Assembly (NCBI GenBank): GCA_965221955.1
Contig: CBDCTA010000018.1
Coordinates: 227,116-291,115 of the forward strand
From: Gammaproteobacteria bacterium
GTDB lineage: Bacteria; Pseudomonadota; Gammaproteobacteria; UBA4575
Length of the DNA: 64,000 nt
Reading direction: 5' to 3'
Under the pieces are notes generated by a model. The model saw nothing but the letters and a program-made list of their open reading frames with translations. It did no database searches and was not told the DNA's origin. Shown here piece by piece: positions 1 to 8,795 of the stretch. Made by a program: the position numbers and the translations under genes. Positions within the stretch are counted from its first letter, which is position 1. The number at the start of each line of letters is the position of its first letter.

Positions 1-693
1 AAAGGCTTTAACGTCGTTCGCTTAAACTTTAGAGACCATGGTGGCACGCAACATTTAAATAAGGAGCTATTCCACTCTTGCCGCTTAGAAGAGGTATTGA
101 ATGCTACACAAACTATCCAACTTCAAGTGCCTCATTCAACTTTTTACATTATTGGATTTTCCTTAGGTGGTAACTTTGCGTTGCGGATTGGTACAGAAGC
201 AGATAACAAGGGCCTAAATATTAATAAAATAATTTCTATCTGCCCTGTCATGAATGCCGCAAACGCATTGGCTGAAACTCAATCCATGCCAAGTATTTAT
301 ACAGAATATTATTTAAGACGTTGGAAAAATATGCTCAAAACTAAACACAAACTTTTCCCTGATGCTTACGACTTGGCTACTATCCAAAAACAATCCTCAC
401 TTACCAGCATGACTGAGCATCTGTTATTGCAATATACAAAATTTGATTCCGTTGCTCATTATTTACATGGCTACTCGATTACAGGAGAGCGCTTAAAAAC
501 GTTAAGCATTCATAGTGATGTCTATATTGCTGAAGATGACCCCGTAATTCCTTTCCATGATCATGAGAATCTATATGCTTCAGAATTTCTTAACATTCAT
601 CTCACACAATTTGGTGGCCACTGTGGATATTTAGATGGACTATTTGATATGAATTGGATAGATAAACAAATCATCAAAAATCTACAGGCATAA
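1..693 (+). CDS. Alpha/beta hydrolase (YheT-like), 5'-truncated by window edge
   Basis: Frame open from base 1 (KGFNVVRLNFRDHGG...); nucleophile GFSLGG, acid EDDPVI, His motif GGHCGY. Confidence 0.85.
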   Translation, partial: KGFNVVRLNFRDHGGTQHLNKELFHSCRLEEVLNATQTIQLQVPHSTFYIIGFSLGGNFALRIGTEADNKGLNINKIISICPVMNAANALAETQSMPSIYTEYYLRRWKNMLKTKHKLFPDAYDLATIQKQSSLTSMTEHLLLQYTKFDSVAHYLHGYSITGERLKTLSIHSDVYIAEDDPVIPFHDHENLYASEFLNIHLTQFGGHCGYLDGLFDMNWIDKQIIKNLQA

Positions 694-729
694 AAAAACC
701 TACTGCATCCAAAGACACAGTAGGTTTTT
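694..729. terminator. Bidirectional intrinsic terminator
   Basis: AAAAACCTACTG-N12-CAGTAGGTTTTT between convergent genes. Confidence 0.8.
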
Positions 730-755
730 AAGGAAGTCCCAATTAAATAGATTTA

Positions 756-3023
756 CTAAGGTATAGGTAACGGAAGTGTATTGTTTTCACAATCCGTTGT
801 ATTCGCACCATAGAAGTTCAGGAACATGTAGTTCAAGATCCTAGTTGAGCATGTTGCATCACAATTAGCTTCAAAGCCAATTGGCATTGTATCAGTAATT
901 AAACCTACTAGACCTGCCGTTCCGTTAAAAGTAACACAAAGATCATTCTTATTATCTAATCTTGTGATGCCATTACCAATCGGGCCATGGCATGCTGCAT
1001 TAGCACAGGTTAACACACCACCAAATGTCTCTGTTTGATACAGATACTCACCCGTTGATGTTGGGTCGATAGTCACTGTTGCGTTTGCATTGTAATTTTG
1101 ATTATCTAAACCAACACAATTCAATGTGAATGTAGTGGTATCAAACAATGCTGTTATGGCTTGATTTTGTGTAGCTAAAACAGTTTTAGCACCTGTCCAT
1201 TGAGCATTAACCGGGTTTGCAACTGCGGTACACGACTGCATATCGGTTACATTCCAAGTTAAGGTACTCGCTCCACCTTCACCAATCATAGTTGGATTTG
1301 CAGTCAAGGTTACAGATGGGTTCGGTTGAACAACGGTAACCGTTACATTCGCTACTGTATTCAAAGCTCCAGCATTAGTGCAATCCAACGTAAATGTATT
1401 ACTTGCAGCTGTTAGATTTTGTATTAGTTGTGTGCCATTAACAGCTTTATTGGCATTATCCCAAGCTGGATTAGCTGGATTACTCGTTGCTATACAGCTA
1501 TCTGCATCCGTGGTTGACCAGGTAAGCGTTGAGTCACCGCCGCCAACACCTAACATTGTTGGATCAGCAGATAAATTAACTACTGGCGCTCCAGGTTGAG
1601 CCATCACAGTTACATCAACAGACGCAACCGCGGAATTAATTCCACCCTTAGTACATACTAGCGTAAAGGTATTTACACCTGCAGTGGTTAAATTAGTGAG
1701 CGTTTGCATTGAGGTTGGTAATAATGTACCTGTCCATTGATTATTCGCAGTAGCACCGCCTGCTGTACATGTATCACCGTCAGAAGCCCAATTTAGGGTC
1801 ACCATGCCATTGTATGGAATAGGTGCACCGGCATTTGAAACTGGATCTGCTGTAAATGACGCTATTACAGGCTGAACATCATTATCAAGATTTGTCACCG
1901 AGACATCGGATGCATTTGCTCCGCCGTATGCACGGTCATTACTGATCGCAGCTGCCGTAACAATACTGTAAGCAATGTTGCCATCAACTGCTGGAGCCGC
2001 AACATCATCTACACCAGTAACCGTTACAGTCTGTGCGACATTATAATTACCTGAATTAAACACAACGGATGCAGGTGCTACCGTACCTTCCGCAGCATTA
2101 CTGCTTGAAAGGCCAATCGTTACATCTGCAGTTGGTTGAGTACCTAAAACAATTGTAAAGGTGGCAGAAGTACCATTAGCAACATCACTTTCGCTAGTCT
2201 CAAGACCTGCAACTGGGTCAACAGTAATCACACCTTGTCCAGGTGCTTCATCATCTCGGTTCACAACCGAAACATCTGTAGGATCAATACCATTGTATGC
2301 AGCATCATTACTCACTGTTGCTGAAAGTTCTATGGTGTATGGGGTATCTAATGCAGCATCTAAAACCGCATCATCGACACCAGAAATTGTAATGGTATGT
2401 TGCTGGTTCCAATTTCCGGGAGTGATTGTTAGTGAAGCTGGAGCCACTGTTCCTTCAGCAATATTGCTGCTGGTTATATTCATTGTGACGTCATCTTCAG
2501 GCACTGAATTCAATGCAATGGTAAAAGTAGCAGTGCCATTATTTAACTCATTAGTCATAAGACCTGAAGTTGGATTTACTAATACAGCAGGATTGTTGTT
2601 TGCACCAGGAAGGGCTTTACCCTGAATAAATCCTTCGATAATGAATTGAGAGACATCGCTCGCACATGCACCCACACAGCTATTTGGATCATAAGTTGGT
2701 GCAAGTGGCATGGTGTCTGCGTTAACAGTTATCAAACCATTTAGATCACCACATGAATTACATGCAAGTGGCGATACCTCATTTAAAGCACCACCCGCAG
2801 TAGCGGTGCCTTGACCTTGTGCACCATGACAACTTGAACATGCGTAATTAGGGTCTTGATATATTGCGAGACCTCGTTTTGCAGATTCTGATAATAGAGC
2901 ATCTGAAAGACCTCCACCGAGATCCATAGTGCCTGAACTTTCGCCTGAAGATTCACCACCACAAGCGCTTAAAAAAAACGAGACGATCGCAACTACTGCG
3001 ATACTTTTTAGTATGCCGTTCAT
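756..3023 (-). CDS. Lipoprotein with N- and C-terminal c-type cytochrome domains separated by Calx-beta-like and Ig-like repeats
   Basis: ATG at 3023 after GGAG; lipobox LSAC; CSSCH and CANAACH each followed by TMP and CxxxC; two ~120-aa and three ~90-aa internal repeats. Confidence 0.8.
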   Translation of the reverse strand: MNGILKSIAVVAIVSFFLSACGGESSGESSGTMDLGGGLSDALLSESAKRGLAIYQDPNYACSSCHGAQGQGTATAGGALNEVSPLACNSCGDLNGLITVNADTMPLAPTYDPNSCVGACASDVSQFIIEGFIQGKALPGANNNPAVLVNPTSGLMTNELNNGTATFTIALNSVPEDDVTMNITSSNIAEGTVAPASLTITPGNWNQQHTITISGVDDAVLDAALDTPYTIELSATVSNDAAYNGIDPTDVSVVNRDDEAPGQGVITVDPVAGLETSESDVANGTSATFTIVLGTQPTADVTIGLSSSNAAEGTVAPASVVFNSGNYNVAQTVTVTGVDDVAAPAVDGNIAYSIVTAAAISNDRAYGGANASDVSVTNLDNDVQPVIASFTADPVSNAGAPIPYNGMVTLNWASDGDTCTAGGATANNQWTGTLLPTSMQTLTNLTTAGVNTFTLVCTKGGINSAVASVDVTVMAQPGAPVVNLSADPTMLGVGGGDSTLTWSTTDADSCIATSNPANPAWDNANKAVNGTQLIQNLTAASNTFTLDCTNAGALNTVANVTVTVVQPNPSVTLTANPTMIGEGGASTLTWNVTDMQSCTAVANPVNAQWTGAKTVLATQNQAITALFDTTTFTLNCVGLDNQNYNANATVTIDPTSTGEYLYQTETFGGVLTCANAACHGPIGNGITRLDNKNDLCVTFNGTAGLVGLITDTMPIGFEANCDATCSTRILNYMFLNFYGANTTDCENNTLPLPIP

Positions 3024-3314
3024 TGTTCCAACTCCAATTGAAATCAATTTATTTATGCATCAAAGCAAAGAAATCCTATTCAGTGCTTCATACAAAATGT
3101 AGAAAATAACTATACTTTCGTTAATTTTCCTCTCATATAAATTTACGATATAAGGCCTAACAACTAAGACCTATATCTACGGCACCTATGATAGTGACCT
3201 AAAAGAATATTTAATAATTTCTAGCCAACCACTGATCCGTTTTTTTTGCCCATTTGTCATGGTCAAAATTACGTAAAAATGTGAACTAAAAATTTTGCAC
3301 TGAGATTCAGTGAA

Positions 3315-5310
3315 TTATGACTTAGGCTCTGGAGAAATTGGTTGTAAATGCACACTTAATCGTGTCGGCTTTTGGTCCAGCTTCCACTCAAACATAGCGG
3401 TATACGCCAATACTGCGCGTACATATTCACGTGTTTCAGTAAAAGGAATGGTATCTACCCAAACGTCTGCAGGAAGTTCATACTTTTCTGGCAACCAAGC
3501 ATTTACACGATGCGGGCCTGCGTTATACGCAGCAGAAGCTAAAGCCCGATGCCCATCAAATTTATTCAGCATGTCGTCTTATATAACGACTACCTAAATT
3601 TATATTAAAACTTGGCATATATAAGTCATGCCGAGTTGGAGATTTTAGTTTGAGTTTTTTTGAAACTTGCTTTGCTGTTGCTGGCATTAACTGCATCAGG
3701 CCTCGTGCCCCTACAGGAGAACGCGCTTGAGGATTAAATGCACTTTCACGACGAATAATCCCATAGATAAATGCCGGCTCGAGACTTCTTTTGGCAGCAT
3801 ACTTTTCTACATAACTAGTAAATGGAGTTGGAAAACGAATGTTTAAATCATCAAAGTAACGACCTTTAGCAATGGTAAAAATTGCATAGTCATACCATTG
3901 CCATTGATGAGCTAACGATGCCGCAATTTGATATTGCCTTTCAGAAAAATCTTTTGTTGCATAGTTCCATTCCCTACGTGCATCGGTAAATTGATCGACT
4001 AACAACAACTCTCTTGCACGAATAATACTGGGTGTTTGCTCGATCTTTTCTAGCTCAGACGCATTGTATTGCACAGGTATGCATCAACAATATTGTATGG
4101 CTTAGAAAGTTTGTCTGCGGCCAAAAAACCATAATAACTGCGATCTTCAGCAATTTTTTCGTACAAAGCTTTTGCATCAGACCGCAAACCTTTTTCTTCT
4201 AAAGCACGCGCTTTCCAGTATTGCCATTGTGGTTCAGCTTTTTCTTCTTCATTTAGCATTGCAATTCCGCGTAGCACCAAGTTCCCAATCCAAACTACGC
4301 AAAGCTGAGCGCGTCCTCCACATGCTAGTGGAAGGATCAACTAAATCTTTTGGTAATTGATACATCCAAGTAGTCGCACGTTCATCATGGCGATATGCTG
4401 CACGCAAAGCTAAATTCCTTTCTACTTCATCATGCAAATCTGAACCAAATGCATAATTATCTTGAATGCTCAACCATCTCTCATATGCTTGACTTAAATC
4501 TTTCCTTGCTAAGCGTTGCATTCCATGGCGAATAATTTGCCGATTCTGATGGTTATCTTTCTGCAAGGCATTTGATAGTAATTTAGCTTTAGGATTACGA
4601 TAGGTTTCTAGCCAGAGTTTAGCTTGCTCTTGCTCACTCGCAGGTAATTTTTTAGCTAGGTATCTCGCTAAACTAAGACGATTATTCTCCATAGCCAAAG
4701 CAAATCGTTCCCAAATTAGCTCAGTGGTTAAATAACCTTGCTGGTTATACCAATCAAATAATGAATCGCATTGTTTAGGTTGTGATTTCCCAACTAACCA
4801 TAAATCGCGCGCTTGATTAAGATATTGTTTTTTATTTTCTTCGAATTGGTTATGACGAATCTTGGCACGCAAAAAATAACATTGCAGAGCAATAGCATTA
4901 TCATTTTGATAATATTTTAAAAAACTTTCGGAACGACCTTTTCTTTGCAATTGATAGAGCCAAGCAACACGCAAACGATCGGCTAATGGACTCTCTTTAT
5001 TTGCAGCAATAAAAACATCTACTTCTTGATTGCTTAAACTTGCAATGCGTAGCTTTAACTCTTCGTAATTCAGATAAGGAAATAAAGGATATTCAGTCAA
5101 CCTTGCTGAGTATTGATTAAATTGATTAATCTGTTTTTTAACCAGCGCTTTACGCGCTTTCTTATATAGTTCGCGCTCTTCTTGCCACTGTGTATTTGCA
5201 TGAACAACACCAATTGACATGCAAACAACGAACGCAGCTCTTAACAAACTAAAGAGCGAAAAAGATATAAATTGATGGGTAAGGATGTGCGGCGCTAAAA
5301 ACTGCCGCAC
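3315..5310 (-). pseudogene. slt: Soluble lytic murein transglycosylase Slt70, broken by three frameshifts (pseudogene or sequencing errors); start uncertain
   Basis: Four consecutive ORF pieces give YPLFPYL..., RSYYGFLAA, IRRESAFNP, GARGLMQLMP, AAYNAGP, IPFTETREYV in correct order. Confidence 0.85.
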
Positions 5311-5319
5311 ATCCTTTTT
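5281..5319. other. Perfect 13-bp hairpin between bactofilin and slt
   Basis: AAGGATGTGCGGC-N10-GCCGCACATCCTT, T-run on + strand only. Confidence 0.7.
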
Positions 5320-5329
5320 AGAATAGCAT

Positions 5330-5791
5330 TTAGAAAGAAGTTGCCTCTTCGAATGATTCTTTGAGGTTGTCTTGAGATTTATCTGCGGCAATTTTTGTAC
5401 TTTTAGAATCAGGTTGGTCAATGAGACCACTTCCATCATGGATTTTCATAGTCCCATCTATCATCGCACCCTGTGCTACAGATACACTGGTGCCACTCAC
5501 ATTGCCAAAGATTCTAGCACTTCCTGTAATTTCTAGCTTGCCTCGAGCAAAAACATCACCCTTTACCGTTCCGCCTATAATTACATCGTCAGTATGAATA
5601 TTGCCTTCCCAAACCGCGGTTGAAACCAGTTCAACTAGACCATCGATATCACCATCGCCCTTCACCTGACCGCTGATCACAATAGAGCCAGTACCTTTGA
5701 CGTCACCATTAATGACAAAATCTTTCCCTAGAATAGTTGCTGGTGTTGAAACCTTGTCACGTAATTTTCGCATACCCATAGGGGCCTCCAC
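5330..5791 (-). CDS. Bactofilin (CcmA-family polymer-forming cytoskeletal protein)
   Basis: TILGK..INGDV...I.ISGQVKGD..., G.V.G.V.A...LEI...ARI.GNV beta-helix pattern. Confidence 0.9.
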   Translation of the reverse strand: MEAPMGMRKLRDKVSTPATILGKDFVINGDVKGTGSIVISGQVKGDGDIDGLVELVSTAVWEGNIHTDDVIIGGTVKGDVFARGKLEITGSARIFGNVSGTSVSVAQGAMIDGTMKIHDGSGLIDQPDSKSTKIAADKSQDNLKESFEEATSF

Positions 5792-5950
5792 ACTTATAAG
5801 ATGAATGTACTAATAATACACCCATGCTAGACACAATGGCTGAGCCCGAGGCTATTGCTCCGACTGATGCGTAAAATAATGCTATGAAATGACAATTTGC
5901 CTAAAATTGCTGATATTCCAGGCTAAATTCATTCGATGTAAAGTATCAAT

Positions 5951-6205
5951 ATGGAAACAATTGAGACTTTTCTACAAACTTTGTACAACTCCCCCCATTA
6001 TTCATTCGGCTGGCTTGTATTTGCAGGACTAACCCTGCTTCCAGCGATCGTCAGCGCGAATCTAATCCAACATGATTTGAGTAAACTTATAAGTGGCAAA
6101 TTTGAGGTTAAGGAGCTGTTATCGTCGCTACTAAAAAATATAATTATACTAATAGCATGTGTCAGCGTGATTTCATATGCGTTTTATTTATACTTTTGGA
6201 TTTAG
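5951..6205 (+). CDS. Small two-TM membrane protein
   Basis: 84-aa ORF filling an intergenic gap, two hydrophobic segments. Confidence 0.6.
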   Translation: METIETFLQTLYNSPHYSFGWLVFAGLTLLPAIVSANLIQHDLSKLISGKFEVKELLSSLLKNIIILIACVSVISYAFYLYFWI

Positions 6206-6209
6206 CAAA

Positions 6210-7403
6210 CTAGCTTTTCTCAATCACTTTAAAAACATTCGTCTGCTGTTGCTTTTCTTCACGTAATTTTGTTTCTTGAATCGTTGAATAGTGACTAATT
6301 TCCACTTGTTCTTCAATTTTCGAAGCCACAATCGAAGAGTACGTACTTAATTTACCCATCCCTTTTAACTTACGATGCAAATTATCTTGCTGCCACCCTG
6401 CTGGCATCGCATCATGAATAATAAGAATACCATTAGGTTTAAGATTGCCCCAAACTTGATCAAGCAAAGCTATTTGTTGAGCTTCATCTAAGCTAGATAA
6501 TGCGTGAATCAGACAAATTACATCTGCTTTGTCACTTGAATTAGCAGTTTCAATAGAACCAAGATGAATCTTATGCTGATCACCTGTATGTGGGGCAAAA
6601 TAGCTAGCAAAACTTTTCGTCACCACCTCATCTATCGCTGCAATATGAGTCGTAACCCCTCTATCAACATTAATATAGTTACTTAACAACAAATCGGTAA
6701 CTAACAATCCATAATCATTACTCACGCAATCTACTGACACCGCTTTTTTAGCGCCAAAGTAATCTAAGATAATTCTTTCGATAACCGAGCTGTGGGTATA
6801 ATTCGCCCACGCTCTTATCGCCATTTTTGCATAAACACTGGCTATCTCATCCCGATTACCTGATTGCAATAGTTTGCCAAGTGCAAGATTTGAACGTTGT
6901 TGATAAAACCATTCTGCACTACTTGGAATAGGGTCTGGCCATTTACGTCCTACTCCAAGTGACATGACACCATCATTTTCTGCACGCACATTACTAAAGC
7001 CTGTCCAACGTTCACGACTTAAGAAAATATTTTCCAAAAAACTTCGTGACCAATAACCTTTTTCCTGCGCCTGACCTTCTGGATATACGGGAAGAATGAC
7101 AACGCCACCGGGTTTAACAATTTTTAAAAGTTCTAATAAAAATGAAGCGCCCCAATTACTTGCAAACAAAGGTATGCTGATACCGATATATACTCGATCT
7201 AATAAATTAGGCAAAGTTGGATAAAAGAAATTACCAATCTTGTCATCATCTAAATTCACACTCAAATGATTTGCAGTTGGTGTCATACTGTAAATATTAT
7301 CGTCTGGACGAATTTGATTATTTTTATCTCGCTCACCAGAAAAATAATAATCTAAATCTTCACTAATGAATTCTTCCGATAGATGAAATGCTGCATCTGT
7401 CAT
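6210..7403 (-). CDS. Hypothetical protein with two class I methyltransferase-like half-motifs
   Basis: LLKIVKPGGVVIL and WGNLKPNGILII; no clear glycine-rich motif I. Confidence 0.55.
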   Translation of the reverse strand: MTDAAFHLSEEFISEDLDYYFSGERDKNNQIRPDDNIYSMTPTANHLSVNLDDDKIGNFFYPTLPNLLDRVYIGISIPLFASNWGASFLLELLKIVKPGGVVILPVYPEGQAQEKGYWSRSFLENIFLSRERWTGFSNVRAENDGVMSLGVGRKWPDPIPSSAEWFYQQRSNLALGKLLQSGNRDEIASVYAKMAIRAWANYTHSSVIERIILDYFGAKKAVSVDCVSNDYGLLVTDLLLSNYINVDRGVTTHIAAIDEVVTKSFASYFAPHTGDQHKIHLGSIETANSSDKADVICLIHALSSLDEAQQIALLDQVWGNLKPNGILIIHDAMPAGWQQDNLHRKLKGMGKLSTYSSIVASKIEEQVEISHYSTIQETKLREEKQQQTNVFKVIEKS

Positions 7404-7546
7404 AGCTTAGTATTTTTTTATTTTTAATTAGAAAAACGCGAAAGCGAATTCTGCTTAAGCAGAACACTCATTGCAAGATTATTTATTAATAAGGTTAAGG
7501 AACCAGGTCTGTCCAGATTTACGGATTTTAAAGAGAAGTAATCTTG

Positions 7547-8110
7547 CTAACGGAAAGTTAGCGTTAAACCTGCACTTCCATAACGAGAATTGCTTCTTCG
7601 CGGTAATTTGCAACTTTGCGTTCTCGAGCGATTTGCATTACTCCAGCGCAACTTACCACCTGAGTATTTGCTGTAATGCTTATGATGCTTGTTTCTAAAA
7701 CCATGATGACCATAGCCAAACCGGTAAGCAGGATAGTACACACGGCTGGATCGCTCTTCTTCTTGATTCAAATAGACAACGTGTGGAACTAGAGCAGCTT
7801 GTGCTTGTTTTAACGCAGCTTTTTGTTTGACCTTTTCAAGCTGTAATTTTTTACGCTCTAAACGCTCTTCTCGCATGCGTGCCCATTGATTCGTGATCGA
7901 ATAGTAATTTTCCTTGTAGTCAGAATCAGAATAAACATTTGAAACATCTATTTGATTGGTACTAATAGGATTATTTAATGGCGCTTGATCTGAATAATGC
8001 GTCACGCCATTTTCATCCACCCACTTGTGTATAGTGCCTGCATGTACAACCGATAGCGTTATCCAGAATAACGTTACAAGTAATAAGGGTATGTACTTAA
8101 ACATATTCAT
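7547..8110 (-). CDS. DUF4124 domain secreted protein
   Basis: Signal peptide then IHKWVDENGVTHYSDQAP, coiled coil, basic tail. Confidence 0.85.
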   Translation of the reverse strand: MNMFKYIPLLLVTLFWITLSVVHAGTIHKWVDENGVTHYSDQAPLNNPISTNQIDVSNVYSDSDYKENYYSITNQWARMREERLERKKLQLEKVKQKAALKQAQAALVPHVVYLNQEEERSSRVYYPAYRFGYGHHGFRNKHHKHYSKYSGGKLRWSNANRSRTQSCKLPRRSNSRYGSAGLTLTFR

Positions 8111-8168
8111 ACTTATAGGACTGTAGCGCCTCAGCTTGGTTCTGTCATGTTAGAACCTACGAACAAGC

Positions 8169-8393
8169 TTACTCTTTAATGATTTGCCACCCGTCAAGAT
8201 CCATAGGGGCAGAATGAGTCTCTAATTGATCCCAAATCGTATAACCCGTATGCTGCTCATAGACTGCAATTGCCGCTTCTTCAGCAGTAGAAAATGTTAG
8301 AGTAGGCAAATTATCCACCCACAAATCCCATAAACCTAAGGGTTCTTTTTGTATTTCAAATGTAGATGCATCTGTTTCTAATTTATACTTCAT
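8169..8393 (-). CDS. Hypothetical protein
   Basis: 74-aa ORF, Trp-rich globular composition, no overlap with neighbours. Confidence 0.6.
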   Translation of the reverse strand: MKYKLETDASTFEIQKEPLGLWDLWVDNLPTLTFSTAEEAAIAVYEQHTGYTIWDQLETHSAPMDLDGWQIIKE

Positions 8394-8428
8394 AAATAAA
8401 GTATAACGTAATTTTTTATTTAAATATT

Positions 8429-8788
8429 ATGTCGACCGCTAACTTTTTCTTTCACGGACTATTCCCAGACTGTATTGAAGCCGATGAAGATACAGGTAGA
8501 CAAATATGTAAAGTTTTATTTGATGTAGATTTTGAAGGTGAATTCCATTCCCATTTGTTAGCCGACCTTTGGCCTATAGAAGAAGGAGACGGTATACCCA
8601 CTTTTGAAGTCCGCTACGATCTGCCTTTCAATTGTGACGACTTTTCTAAAACCGCTGTGCAATATTATCAACAAGTGATGGGGCCACAATCCACCACCAT
8701 CAGCCATAGCGGCCCAAAAGGAATGAATCCAAGAAATAATGTATTTCGCGCACAATGGCAAATCGCTCTCGAAGCTAGTAAAAAATAA
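8429..8788 (+). CDS. Hypothetical protein
   Basis: 119-aa acidic ORF ending 7 nt before the ptrB ATG. Confidence 0.6.
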   Translation: MSTANFFFHGLFPDCIEADEDTGRQICKVLFDVDFEGEFHSHLLADLWPIEEGDGIPTFEVRYDLPFNCDDFSKTAVQYYQQVMGPQSTTISHSGPKGMNPRNNVFRAQWQIALEASKK

Positions 8789-8795
8789 TTCCTCT

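Noticed and set aside
1378-2625. Plus-strand ORFs 1378..1599 and 2161..2625
   Set aside because: Antisense shadows of the repetitive lipoprotein gene, without motifs
3315-5439. Four separate genes or programmed frameshifting in slt; ORF start at 5439
   Set aside because: Pieces are collinear parts of one Slt70; no slippery sites; the 5439 start overlaps bactofilin by 110 nt
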